Positions 1 through 11,477 of a stretch of 37,753 nucleotides of DNA are shown one piece after another (the stretch's first letter is position 1; every line of letters begins with the position of its first letter). The position numbers and the translations under genes are program-made. Below the pieces are notes generated by a model. The model ran no database searches and was not told where the DNA came from. It was given only the letters and a program-made list of their open reading frames with translations. Source of the DNA: Octopus bimaculoides. Taxonomy: Eukaryota. Location of the stretch: NCBI RefSeq assembly GCF_001194135.2, contig NC_068981.1, forward strand, positions 122,241,986 to 122,279,738. The letters are read 5' to 3'.

Positions 1-299
1 TTGTATGATTGTGTATAGAGGAATATATTATTTTGTTTAAAAGAGTTCCAGCACTGACTGTTTTTTATGTTTTATTTATATTCTTGCAGAACCAATGTGG
101 GGTATAGAATATGGAATATACAATATATAATATAAAATAAAATAAAATAAAAATGGATGCCACCATGAAAGAAAGTATTGAATGTAGATGAAATATTGAG
201 TGTTCAATATAAAGGATCAAATATATAAATATAAATATATAAAGGCGACTCGAGTTTCAGGGCTATTTCCCTTCGTCATGGCCGGTATATATACATATT

Positions 300-326
300 T
301 GTGTGTGTGTGTGTGTGTGTGAGTGT
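300..326. repeat. (TG)n microsatellite
   Basis: About 10 perfect TG units followed by a degenerate tail. Confidence 0.9.
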
Positions 327-759
327 TTGAGAACTTGTTTTGGGGTTTGAAAATGCACCTTAATCTGAAAACCATGAAGTCGTTTTTAAATGGATTTATT
401 TATATACCAAGCAAGTTTCGATAATTTCTTGCTTATCAATGCTACAAATATACATATAAAGTAGGGGAGATGTTAGGTAAGTTGAAAGGTACAAGGTAAC
501 AATTGGACAATCATGTTTAAACTACCAAGTATTCAAACGTTCACAGAAATTTCAATGAGTTTTAGTAGGATCTATACCAATATCAATGTAAAAGTTCTGC
601 TAAGATCATAACAAATGTACATCATTGAAAGTTCAGTGATATTGAACTTTCATTAGAAAAAGTGGAGAAGAGAAAGAAAAAATGAAGAAAAAGAGATGTT
701 GACAATTTCTGTCATGATGCTTGTAGTTCTGTTTTATTTTTATTTTTAATTTTAATCTT

Positions 760-1680
760 AGTGTACTTGTCTCTTCACCTTTCATGGTGTGTTGTAATCG
801 GAAGACACGTAGCAGCCAATCTTACTGTTGATTTTCGACCCTCACAGGGAATTCGCTCACCAAGTCACCACCAATTTTTGGAGCCCCGTTTTGGGAGTAA
901 TGTCGGAAAAGTTAGAATATGTGTTTGTACTGTAGTTTATATAAATTATTTTAGGCTAAAATTGCGATTTGTGGCCTGCTGTGACCATTGTTTTGCCACT
1001 GATATTTATTTTATATAGAATTTTACTGTAAATTTTATAGCTTATGTCAGATGCAGACGCTTAGAAGACACATACTTTCTAAGACTTTGTCCCATCTTTA
1101 GTTGTTTTATGTTAATTTTATTTCGACTGTGCGTAGCTGTGGTTATTGCGCTTAAGGTTACATTTAATTTTATGAGGTTGTCTGTAACTCATTTATCAGT
1201 GTATTTCGTTATTTCGGATTCTAAGATTAGTTCGTTAAATGTATCCGCAGCTCTAAGCTGGCTTTCTTTTCTTTACTTCGTAACAAAATGTATTTTTAAC
1301 ATTTTCTTGAGTAATGTGCGAGCTTATTGTAACAGTAAATTAGTTAGCCCGAGGATATTTAGCGAATTACACGTCAACGGAGAGGAAATCGTAGTCAAAT
1401 GAAGAGCTGTTGTCAGTAGTTTGATACTGTGCGTGCAAGTGTTGTGGTGGATGGCTTGATTTTAAAATGAGTTCTAGTTCGATGTTATTGTGTGATAATT
1501 CTTCTTGCTGTCTGCATATATGACTAACAGGGTATGTTGTACGCGTTGAATCATAAATAGCCTTGTAACAAACATAAAGCTGTACTCGTGTTGTAATTGT
1601 TTCTTTCTTATCTGATTTGGTTATTACTTGAAATTGTAGCAATCCAGCTCTTCGCAGGAAGAATATTTCTAGAGGCACTG
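760..1680 (-). mobile_element. Possible heavily decayed LINE ORF2 remnant (endonuclease end/linker)
   Basis: A stop-interrupted minus-strand frame reads ...TTISSPLTCNSLNILGLTN...LRAADTFNELILESEITKYTDK*VTDNLIKL. This loosely resembles the PTRxxNxLDLxLTN endonuclease motif followed by the PWxT linker motif of CR1/L2/Jockey-type ORF2. The similarity is weak and judged by eye. Confidence 0.2.
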
Positions 1681-3075
1681 GGAGACTAATGTCGTGACTT
1701 TTGATAAAAATTAATTATTTTCATAAATACGTTCTAATTTTTAAACTTCTGTTGCAGTATTTAAAAAAAAAATTTGAAGTATATTTGCATGATTGTTGTG
1801 TGCGAAAGAAATATATTTAACTTGTGCTTTGTGCGGACTTGCAGTATTGGGAAAGAAAAGCCTGATAATGTCTGCTTGTAACTGCTTTCCATGTTAGTCT
1901 TACTCCCTTTAGTGACACGACAGGGAAACCTTGGAAAATGGTCATCGGTACTGTAGTTCAGGCTCCAAGTAAGATATTAGAAATATCACCGTCGCTATTT
2001 GTGCAGTAAACATTGCTATCTCACATTTCTGCAAATATGGGTTTGTTGTAAAGATTTCAATTACCTTTTGATGAATTTCCAAGATATCATAAAACCGTTT
2101 ACCAAGGCAATGATAGATACCAAATTTCACCAATAAATGCATCCAATTGTCAAAAAACATTAGATATACGGGACAAGGTGCTGTGTACGCAGGAACAAGA
2201 GTGAATTGTTAAAGATTGAACGTTTTTCATCTATGTTTTAACTCTGTTAGGGTTGACATGAATAGTGGTAACCAAAAACTTCAACTCAAAATGTGTAGCA
2301 GATATTTCATTCATACAAGGGCAATAATTAAAGTCATTAAGAATTTAATATACGTGTGACATGTTCGAACATAAATGAATCATTCCACTATTGAATTAGC
2401 TATATATGCTAATTTCCTCCACATCAAAGTCGGTACAGCAAATTTTAGGTTAATGTTCATGATTTTTGGGGTGGTTTTCTATTGGTTAGGATATGAACTA
2501 GCATCTAATGCACCTTGATCTTCCGTGCAACTAAGTTTTGATATTAAGGATGATATATGAATGTACATTTTCGAGGTGTATGGAGAATGAATCTAGCATT
2601 GTTTTATAAAGGAGTATTGTGTAGATAAAATTCAAAATGGATCCACACATTTCAGTAGCTATCATTGCATTGGCTCTTGTAACAAGATTGAGTAAAAACG
2701 CATTTGTAATATAAATCTGGAAAAGAACAAAAAAATAACACAAAAAGAAAAAAAAACAGAGTGCATTGATTTATACAAACAATATTTTAATTTATCATTC
2801 TGCGACAAGGCACTTTAAATATTTGCATGAATTAACTTCGAGACTTCAGTGTGAGAAATTATATGGTTTTTGTATGAGAGCAAGATGCAAACTGATATTA
2901 CTGGCTATACACTATGAAAAGTGGGAAAATAGACACAGACGCCCATACATTAATTCGTGCATGTATATGTCTATATTTATAATATATTTCTATATACGAT
3001 AATCCCTCGACAATCGCAGGTGTTACGTTCCAAATTCCAACGTGATAGGTGATAATCCTCGAAATAAAAACAGTA

Positions 3076-3319
3076 TTCTTTTATTTTTTTACATGTTTCT
3101 GTAATTTGACTGCGGCCATGCAGAAGAACCCCCTTTAGTCGAGCAAATCGACCCCAGGACTTATTCTGTGTAAGACTAGTACATATTCTATCGGGTCTTT
3201 TGCCGAACCGCTAAGTTACCTAGACGTAAGCACACCGATTGTCAAGCATCGATAGTCAAGGGATGTTAGAGGAGAAACAGTCACACAAACACACACACAC
3301 ACATGTATATATATATATA
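3076..3319 (-). mobile_element. Octopus-type tRNA-derived SINE (family B here), 3' half running into the internal microsatellite and gap
   Basis: The reverse complement contains ttagcggttcggcaaaagacccgatagaatatgtactag...aataagtcctggggtcgatttgctcgactaaag and ends ggccgcagtcaaattacagaaacatgtaaaaaaataaaagaa. It is homologous to 14520-14740 and 16158-16262. Confidence 0.85.
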
Positions 3320-3817
3320 NNNNNNNNNNNNNNNNNNNNNNNNNNNNNNNNNNNNNNNNNNNNNNNNNNNNNNNNNNNNNNNNNNNNNNNNNNNNNNNNN
3401 NNNNNNNNNNNNNNNNNNNNNNNNNNNNNNNNNNNNNNNNNNNNNNNNNNNNNNNNNNNNNNNNNNNNNNNNNNNNNNNNNNNNNNNNNNNNNNNNNNNN
3501 NNNNNNNNNNNNNNNNNNNNNNNNNNNNNNNNNNNNNNNNNNNNNNNNNNNNNNNNNNNNNNNNNNNNNNNNNNNNNNNNNNNNNNNNNNNNNNNNNNNN
3601 NNNNNNNNNNNNNNNNNNNNNNNNNNNNNNNNNNNNNNNNNNNNNNNNNNNNNNNNNNNNNNNNNNNNNNNNNNNNNNNNNNNNNNNNNNNNNNNNNNNN
3701 NNNNNNNNNNNNNNNNNNNNNNNNNNNNNNNNNNNNNNNNNNNNNNNNNNNNNNNNNNNNNNNNNNNNNNNNNNNNNNNNNNNNNNNNNNNNNNNNNNNN
3801 NNNNNNNNNNNNNNNNN
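3320..3817. other. Assembly gap (N)
   Basis: Run of N directly after a (TA)n tract. Confidence 1.
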
Positions 3818-4029
3818 CAATTTTAAATAAACTCTTTAGAAAATAGGTTGAACCACATCAAAATCACATAATTTTATTGATAGGATTCAAGAAAATATTG
3901 TGAGAAAATTTATTTAAAAAATGTTATGTAAAAAAAGTAATAAAATATAAGTAATGATTTATTATGATCATTTAAAATTGATGCAAATTATATGCCACAC
4001 TCTTAAAAAAATCAATTTTTCTTTTTGAC

Positions 4030-5150
4030 CCATATTCAATGACCTATCTTTCGAGTCATCTTACCTTGAATGAACCCTTCCTCTTCCTTCAGAGTTTTGA
4101 TTAATTTCCAAATATTCAAATGTGTTCCACTCGCCGAACGCTTTATCGCAGAATGAAATCCCTCCGCAGCATCAATTGTTCTGGAAGTATCTTGACGAAT
4201 ACGCTGATTAACATTCCATACAGCTATCAGGAATGCAGGTGGTTCTCTTCTTCTCAAAACACTTGTGCAAGTCAAGTCGAAGTAAGCAATGAATGAATGC
4301 AGCAGGTATTTGTTCATTGTCTATTAATTCTTCATAGAACTCTTCAACATCTTCTGCGGGTAGAAAGACTAATGCTGAAAAACATCGAATTTTAAGACAG
4401 AATTCAGTCTTCTTTTTCTTTAAGGCCTAGATCTATAATTTTTCGAAATACTGATTGGCGTAAAAGAAACAAACTCGCCACGATAGATGAATTAGGGAAT
4501 GATGAATTAAATGCGAAAAATCATTCGTATTACAGTTTTGTGTTATTTCGGAAATAATGCAAAGACACGTGGAAAACTTATCTTTAACTTGTATATGAAT
4601 GCTAAACATTTGAAGCCACTCTTCTGGCACAATTTTGAACGTTCCATCACATGCCTAATGGCGATATGATGCTACATCCTGAAGAGCATTTTCTGATGCA
4701 AATACTAGTATGCTGTGTTGATCCTCGATACTCGAATCGTATCTCAGAAATTGCTCGGCATTATCAAGTTTACAGTATACTTCACGTATCTCACAACCAG
4801 TTGTAGCCCCTGGATTAGCGGGAAATCCTGAACATTTTTGTCGGCATCTTTGAATAGTCCTTGAAAGTACAGGTAAACGAGGAAGCTGAGTGCAAGAATT
4901 TTCTGTCAGCTGCATAAATCTCGCCGCTATTATGCTTTCGCGAACTAGCTGCTATGTTTTCCAGCCCATTCATGCTTTATTTCTGCAACTACATCTCTAC
5001 ATCAACTGCATGAAGGTGCTCTTCTGTTCTCACATCTCCAGTATTCCTTTCGTAGTTTTTAATGCTTGAATGAAAATCGTAGATGTAATTACTTTCATCA
5101 ACTCCTTTTCTTTTGTTTTTGGTTGTTACTATGAACTTTGTTATTTCGGG
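4030..5150 (-). pseudogene. Mutator-like (MULE) transposase pseudogene with an N-terminal FLYWCH-like zinc finger
   Basis: Frameshifted minus-strand translation gives KFIVTTKNKRKGVDESNYIYDFH../YWRCENRRAPSC (FLYWCH-like, ~4990-5140). It continues LRYDSSIEDQHSILVFASENALQDVASYRH*ACDGTFKIVPEEWLQMFSIHIQV (DGTF motif, D at ~4646), then WNVNQRIRQDTSRTIDAAEGFHSAIKRSASGTHLNIWKLIKTLKEEE (RTNNxxEGWH-like, E at ~4162). Several stops and frameshifts are present. Confidence 0.85.
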
Positions 5151-5164
5151 ATGGGTAAATTAAA

Positions 5165-5320
5165 AAGATGTTAGCACCGTGAGCAAAGTGCTTAGCAACA
5201 TTTCACCCATTTCTAGTTTCTGGGTTTAAATTCCGCCGAGGTCGATAAACATTGAGATCAATGAAATCGACTAGACCCTTGTCCTAAATTTCAGGACTTG
5301 TACCTTTAGTAGAAAGGGCT
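5165..5320 (+). mobile_element. tRNA-derived SINE (family A here), internally deleted copy
   Basis: gttagcaccgtgagcaaagtgcttagc...gggtttaaattccgccgaggtcgat...cttgtacctttagtagaaagg is homologous to 23347-23560 and contains the B-box-like gtttaaattcc. Confidence 0.75.
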
Positions 5321-5323
5321 GCT

Positions 5324-5324
5324 G

Positions 5325-5373
<49 letters not shown>

Positions 5374-5417
5374 CACTACTACTACCACTACTACTACTAA
5401 TATTATTATTATTATTA
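5324..5417. repeat. (CTA)n-(TTA)n microsatellite, probably the expanded SINE tail
   Basis: Direct reading; it abuts the 3' end of the SINE at 5165-5320. Confidence 0.9.
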
Positions 5418-5814
5418 ATGTTACTTCACTTTCAAATGCTTAGTGATGATCTTGTTAACACTGGACCGTTTAATTGACACCCTATCAAGTTGTATAACTT
5501 CAGATAGATAGTACTCTCCGAAGGATTATTTTTCAAGCAGTATATTATTGAAAGAATTATGTAATCGAATGCTTGAACAATGGTTCCATTAATCGATTAT
5601 TGGCTATTTTCTAATCCTTTTGTCACCATTAATGTACTTATCAATGATATGTCATTATGCTTCATGTCTCTCGCAAATAAAAGATGGATGGATTATTTCT
5701 TACCTTATTACATAAAATCTATCTCCAATACATGAGAGTGTTACTGTGTGTGTTGATATATTTTTGCAGCATGATGTTTGCGTGTGTGTTAATTGCCTTT
5801 TCAGTGTACCCACA

Positions 5815-5821
5815 AACACGA

Positions 5822-5895
<74 letters not shown>

Positions 5896-6160
5896 ACATA
5901 CTGTACATCTGTGTACGCGTGTGTGTACGTACTTGTATAGGTCTGTGTCATTCTGGCACTTGTTGATGTGTTAGTGTCATATGCCAGACTTGAGTGTTTC
6001 AATCCTTTCCTCCATTTCTCACATGAATGCTTTTCAATATATGCGCTCACACACACACACGCACACACACACACATGCACACTCACTCACACACACACAC
6101 ACACACAGACACACACACACACACGTTCTCTCTCAGACACACACGCACGCACGCAGACGT
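5815..6160. repeat. Compound (CA)n/(TA)n/(TG)n microsatellite cluster
   Basis: (CA)n then (TA)n at ~5822-5886, and degenerate (CA)n at ~6046-6150. Confidence 0.9.
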
Positions 6161-6807
6161 TAGAGATGAAGGAGAAAAGCGTTGAGCTCTTGAATTTTGC
6201 TACAGGAAGAATTAGCATACATGAATAAGTTATGGCAAGCCACACATATGCACATACACGACCTGCACACGTACGCACACACTAGCAACACAAGAAAACA
6301 CATACAACTGCGTGCAACACACGCACTATCTACATCCATCAACACTCTCACAACCTACTTCCACCAACACACTCATTCGCATACGGAATCAAAAACCATT
6401 GTGTAGTGAGAAATATTCTATCTAGTTGTATAAATCTTAGACTCGAAGCAAAGATATATCCCTGGTAAAGTTGGGCACTAAAAAGGACATTAAATATCGA
6501 ACTAATTGATAGTTCGAAGCATTAGCACGGTAAAAGATGAACCAACTAGTTAACTAATTACCAGGTCGATTTTTAATATTGACAATAAAAAGAATTGAAG
6601 TCTAACCATTCCATTTGTTTTTGATAACGAGAAAGTATATTTAGCTGAAGCTTATTGCTATCGTTGGTGTGTTTACCTTCATTGTGCTCATTCCTGGATT
6701 GTAATTTCATTTAAGATTTCTATAAATTGTATGCCATGTCGTTTACGTCTCTCATTTCACAATGGTATTTCTTTCTTTGACCTCGCCTTACCCTATAATC
6801 TTCTTTG

Positions 6808-6930
6808 TATCTATCTATCTATCTATCTGTCTGTCTATCTGTCTAAGCATTTACCTGTAGCTTTCTCTCTACCCCTCTCTCTCTCTCACACACACTCTGT
6901 CTCTGTCTCCGTCTCTGTCTCTCGATATAT
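6808..6930. repeat. (TCTA)/(TCTG)/(CT)/(CA) low-complexity tract
   Basis: Direct reading. Confidence 0.8.
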
Positions 6931-7164
6931 ATAAATACACACAAATACTTGTACTAATCTGCAATGCAAATATTCAAAACTGTTCTCTCATCAGCCGAAA
7001 TGCACAGGATACTTAAATCACTTTCCATGATTCTGCTATATACCTAATGATAGTTACATTAAATATAAATTTTCAGCAGCAGGATCCTGAGCTAAAACGA
7101 TTGCTGACTTAAAACGTCATTGCCTACTAGGTCTATACTTTACTGTCAAAAGTGACATGGTATA

Positions 7165-7168
7165 TGTG

Positions 7169-7260
<92 letters not shown>
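7165..7260. repeat. (TG)48 microsatellite with one interruption
   Basis: 96 bp of alternating TG, with a single G-to-T change at 7184. Confidence 0.95.
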
Positions 7261-7263
<3 letters not shown>

Positions 7264-7336
7264 AGATCTTTCATGCTTCAAAACGTTGATTGCTTTAAAA
7301 AAGCAATCAACGTTTTGAAGCATGAAGGATTTGTAC
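7260..7336. repeat. Near-perfect inverted repeat (37-bp arms, 3-nt loop)
   Basis: GTACAGATCTTTCATGCTTCAAAACGTTGATTGCTTT (7260-7296), AAA, then AAAGCAATCAACGTTTTGAAGCATGAAGGATTTGTAC (7300-7336). 35 of 37 positions are complementary. Confidence 0.95.
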
Positions 7337-8526
7337 CGGACTTTTGCAGAATTTTCAATTAAGAATTTTTTTTTTTTTTGCAATTGTCTGATAATACAGA
7401 CATAGACGTACCCAAATACATCAATAAATTAATATTGATTTTTATCACAGTTGTTACAATCATCGGAAATGGATCTGCAAACATGCAATATCCGAGCAAT
7501 TCTGCTATTCAACTTCAGAAACGAACGTAAAGCAACTGAAACTTCTCGCGACATCAACGAAACGTTTGTCGAGGAAATGACTAGTGAATGGTCAGCTCGA
7601 AAATGATTTAAACGATTCCGCAGTCTAGAAGATCGTAAGCGTGTTAGACGTCCATATTTTATCGATGACAGTCAATTAAAGACCCTCATTGAAAAAGAAC
7701 CATGTAAAACCACTCGAAAACTGTCAAAAGAACTTCAAGTTAGCCAGGAAACTGCCTGCAAACATTTGCATGCGATCATAAAATCAAAAAAGCTCGACAA
7801 ATGTGTAGCACACGATTGGAATGAAATTCAGAAAATGCAGTGATATGAAATTTGCTCATTGCTTCTTCTATATAACCAGATCGTATTGTAACTTGAGATG
7901 AAATGTGGATAGTGTACAATAATAAAAAAATGTTCGTCCACGTGGTTGGACCAGCGTGAAGCACCGAAAACCTTCCCTAAACCCGAGCCCTTCAAAATGA
8001 AGTTTAAGGTGAGTGTCTGTTTGGTAGTGGACTGATCCTCTATAACTTCTTGAAATCCGGAAAAACCATTACTGCAGAAACATATTGACATGAGATTAGC
8101 AAAATAAACGAAAAACTGCTACCCCTCCGTCCCGGACTAATCAATAGAAGAGGGCCACTCATTCTTCATGACAATGCTCGACCACACGTTTCACTAATGG
8201 CTCTTTAGAAATTGAGGGAACTTGACTACGAAGTTCTTCCCCACCCAGCTTATTCCATAGACCTTTGTGCTACCGACTACCATTTTTTCAAGCTACTTGA
8301 TGGTTTCCTGTGAGAGAAGGCGTTCAAAAAGGAATCCGAACTTAAAAGTGCGTTCAAATAGTTCATCAGCTCCAGAACTCCAGATTTTTATGTTACCGGA
8401 ATAAACAAATTTGTAACCCGTTCGTTAAAAGTTTGTTGATTGTAATGGAACTTACTTTGATGAATAAAATTTCCGCATAGTTGAGATATATTTCAAAACG
8501 TTGCTTACTTTTTACTCAGCCTGGTA
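7297..8526 (+). mobile_element. mariner (D,D34D) DNA transposon, near full length, non-functional
   Basis: The right TIR at 8492-8524 (ttcaaaacgttgcttactttttactcagcctgg) is followed by TA. The inner 22 bp of the left TIR lie at 7298-7319 (20/22 match to the right TIR). A transposase pseudogene lies between them. Confidence 0.9.
7469..8467 (+). pseudogene. mariner transposase pseudogene (Hsmar1/SETMAR-like type)
   Basis: MDLQTCNIRAILLFNFRNERKATETSRDINETF...W-to-stop FKRFRS; RIVT*DEMWIVYNN; ILHDNARPH; HPAYSIDLCATDYHFF; ...CNGTYFDE*. I count exactly 34 residues between the 2nd and 3rd catalytic D. Multiple stops, small deletions and frameshifts are present. Confidence 0.92.
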
Positions 8527-8874
8527 TATGCACCCACACACATTCACATATATATATGTGTGTATCTATGCGCTGACCTGTGTATACTATTAAGTAAACA
8601 ACTCTACATTTTCTATTTATTATCTCTTTTCTCGCAGTTCTTGCAGAAATGAAGTATTTCTATGCTTTCATATTTTCGAAAACATGATTTTGTTTCTGCT
8701 CGAAGTGGTTCTCTTTTCAATTTATATATATAGTAGGTGTTTATTTGTAACAGTTTCTTTGAGTCAGTATTCGTATAACTGATGTCTAGCTAATGATATA
8801 ATCATCAATGCTCCTGCTATTTGGAAACAATTTAAAAAGCAACATCATTGACACCCATTTATATAACTTACACT

Positions 8875-9265
8875 CGTTGTTGTTGTTGGCGCTCCGTCGC
8901 TTACGACGTCGAGGGTTCTAGTTGATCCGATCAATGGAACAGCCTGCTCGTGAAATTAACGTGCAAGTGGCTGAGCACTCCACAAACACGTGTACCCTTA
9001 ACGTAGTTCTCGGGAATATTCAGCGTTACACAGTGTGGCAAGGCTGACCCTTTGAATTACAGGCACAACAGAAACAGGAAGTAAGAGTGAGAGAAAGTTG
9101 TGGTAAAAGAGTACAGCAGGGTTCACCACCATCCCCTGCCGAAGCCTTGAGGAGCTTTAGGTGTCTTCGCTCAGTAAACACTTACAATTCCCGGTCTGGG
9201 AATCGAAACCACGATCCTATGACCGTGGGTCCGCTGCCCTAATCACTGGGCCATTGCGCCTCCAC
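8875..9265 (-). mobile_element. Full-length tRNA-derived SINE (family C here) with a 12-bp target-site duplication
   Basis: The minus-strand head GTGGAGGCGCAATGGCCCAGTGATTAGGGCAGCGG...GTGGTTTCGATTCCCAGACCGGG carries A- and B-box-like motifs, and the element ends in a (CAA)n tail. An identical ATAACTTACACT flanks it at 8863-8874 and 9266-9277. Confidence 0.9.
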
Positions 9266-9387
9266 ATAACTTACACTAGAAACATCATATACCACTTCTG
9301 AGCCAACGAAGAGGATATTTGTGTATTCTCTTTGCAAGAGGTTTGTTACTATTGGAGGTAAAATCCCACTACTACACACAACTATTT

Positions 9388-9762
9388 TCAAAAAGGGCGG
9401 GCATCTAGATATGCAATGTAAGAGATACGAATCAACTGAAAAGAAGGCATGATAGCCACTGATGGATTGACTTCATCTGAGGTTTCCTGAAACTTAGATA
9501 ACCTGGCATTAAGAATGAATAACAAAGCACTAATCATCTTACCGGAGTACATAACCAAAATTTCTAAAACTATAGTTTTGTGATGTGCTTTGTGATGTGC
9601 ATATGTTTGTGGACAAAATGCACAAGCTAGATTTTCCATGTCCAGGGCTATATAACCTACAAAGCCACCTTTATGATACAGACAGGAATGCATTAATATC
9701 TGGTTCCACTGTTTTATTGGAGGGGTGAAATTTCCTTTATTCATGAACCAATTATGGAACAT
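9388..9762 (-). pseudogene. Decayed non-LTR retrotransposon reverse-transcriptase fragment
   Basis: The ORF contains LYHKGGFVGYIALDME...AHHK...YSGKMISALLFILNAR. By eye this parallels the LDxGGExxxIALDISKAFDxVWHxGLLHKL..SGK...I.SFL..R segment of Jockey/CR1-type RTs. No YxDD motif is visible. Confidence 0.45.
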
Positions 9763-11379
9763 CCGTAATATTTTAAAACAGTGAAGAAATTTTTATTTAT
9801 TTGCTAATTTTTGATGTTAGAACTTCAAGAATTAAAGTCTTCATTCTTCACCTAATCTTCAATTAAAATATACTTACATTGCAACATCATCACAACGTAG
9901 ATTAAGCAATACTCTCTTCTGTTGACCAGTCTGGGACGGAGGAGTTGCAGTTTTACGTTTATTTTGGCAATTTCATGGCAGGTTACCAATATTTACTCAC
10001 AGATATGTACGTATGCATGCATGTGTGCATGCTTTTAGAACTTCATATAACTAGAATTTCATTTGTATAGGCAGCTATATACCTGTACATGCGTTTTTGT
10101 GGGTTAGCGTATTTTTTAATTATTTGTGTGAACAAGTATAATTTCATATCCCATAGAGAAACTGTAAATGTCATTATTGTAGGAAAGTACTTGAACAAGT
10201 ATAAAATGTTAAGATATTCTGTTACTGTGTTAAGTACCATATAATCTTTATTCAGTTGAAGATTTAATAGTTTCTCAATCCACATCACTGATGATTATAT
10301 GACCGACCGCTATTAATATTTGTCCCTAATGCATTCATAGAATCCGTTTTAATATGCTGCATGTCGAAAATCTATTTACGTGGCGAAAATCTATTTAATC
10401 TCAAGTGGAAAATGTATATTTGAAGTCTATTTAGTATCGTGAATGAAGTAAATTGTTTGATTAGATATTCAAAGGCTAGAGAAGACTGACTATGACCTTT
10501 TAATACCTTTCAAGTCTGTTGCTTTTGATGAAATTGTTTAACCTTCTTCGAAATCATTGTAGTGTGCTATGGCAAGCCATCGAATTGTTAACGTAATTTC
10601 TCTATAAAGTCTCATAAATTTAAGATCCTCTGCTAACTTTGCTCTGCTGGAAGACGTGAGTAATGAGGAATAACGAGGAATTACTCGGTCGCTTGGTCCA
10701 TTAAGGAAAAAAAGAGCAACAATATCTTTCCTATATGAAACAATTGATTTTTTTTTAAAGGATTGCAGCATTAGATAATTTAATTGAAGATATTCACTGT
10801 CTTAATAAAACGAACGCATATTTAGTACTAGAAACCCTAATTCGTAGTTATGCTCAGTTACAGATAAATTGAGGCTATAAAAACCACTTCAGCGAAAACA
10901 TCATGATTAGTGATTTTAGTTCAGCGTATTCTTGTTCTGCTTCATTAACTGCGAAAGGAAAAAAAATTAATCTGACACACATGTAACTCAACAGAGTAAA
11001 CAATAACGCAAACCAGTATATTTATCCACAATATCTATTATTGAAAATGTATTTATTTAATTTTGCTCCACTATCATGATATTCTAAATAAACAAAAAAA
11101 TTAAAAAAAGGTTCATCAATGGTTTTAATTATTTCTATTCTCCTCAATGAAACATTTTTCATCACCTATAATATCAATGATTTAAATGCATGGATTTTCC
11201 TCACTTTAGTGAAAGATATCTCTACAAATGCCATTAATGCTGATGTCCGATAACTGAAAATGATGGAGCTGTAATAGCCTGTAATAGTTTTGCACATGTT
11301 TTCTTTTTTTTTCTTTGCTTTTCTTTCGCTTAAGCCATTACATTACGGAAAATAATGTCTGTGACCCTATTCGCGAGGG

Positions 11380-11432
<53 letters not shown>

Positions 11433-11477
11433 CTGATGATGATGAGACGGATAATAATGATGATGATGATGATAATG
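11380..11477. repeat. (GAT)n microsatellite
   Basis: Direct reading; degenerates to GAT/AAT at the 3' end. Confidence 0.95.

Noticed and set aside
3239-3830. Long ORFs spanning N-gaps (also 25010-26119, 29978-30614, 31524-32153 and 33830-34120)
   Set aside because: They are open only because N codons translate as X; there is no coding evidence.
5684-6406. ORFs rich in HT/CV/YI repeats (also 7117-7383, 14385-14597 and 24765-25077)
   Set aside because: They are translations of dinucleotide and tetranucleotide microsatellites.
7261-7335. Reading the hairpin as an independent TA-flanked MITE (TA|CAG...TTG|TA)
   Set aside because: Its right arm is collinear with, and needed as, the left end of the adjacent mariner; a local inverted duplication is the simpler explanation.
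9190-9265. tRNA gene calls at the SINE heads (also 23347-23430 and 24987-25050)
   Set aside because: A/B-box-like motifs are present, but I could not build a full cloverleaf, and each head continues into a SINE body.
10620-10725. Minus-strand GKILLLF...VIPHYSRLPAEQS*QRIL, resembling a DEAH-helicase motif
   Set aside because: The spacing between the two motifs is far too short, there are in-frame stops, and no other helicase motifs or splice sites are present; probably chance.
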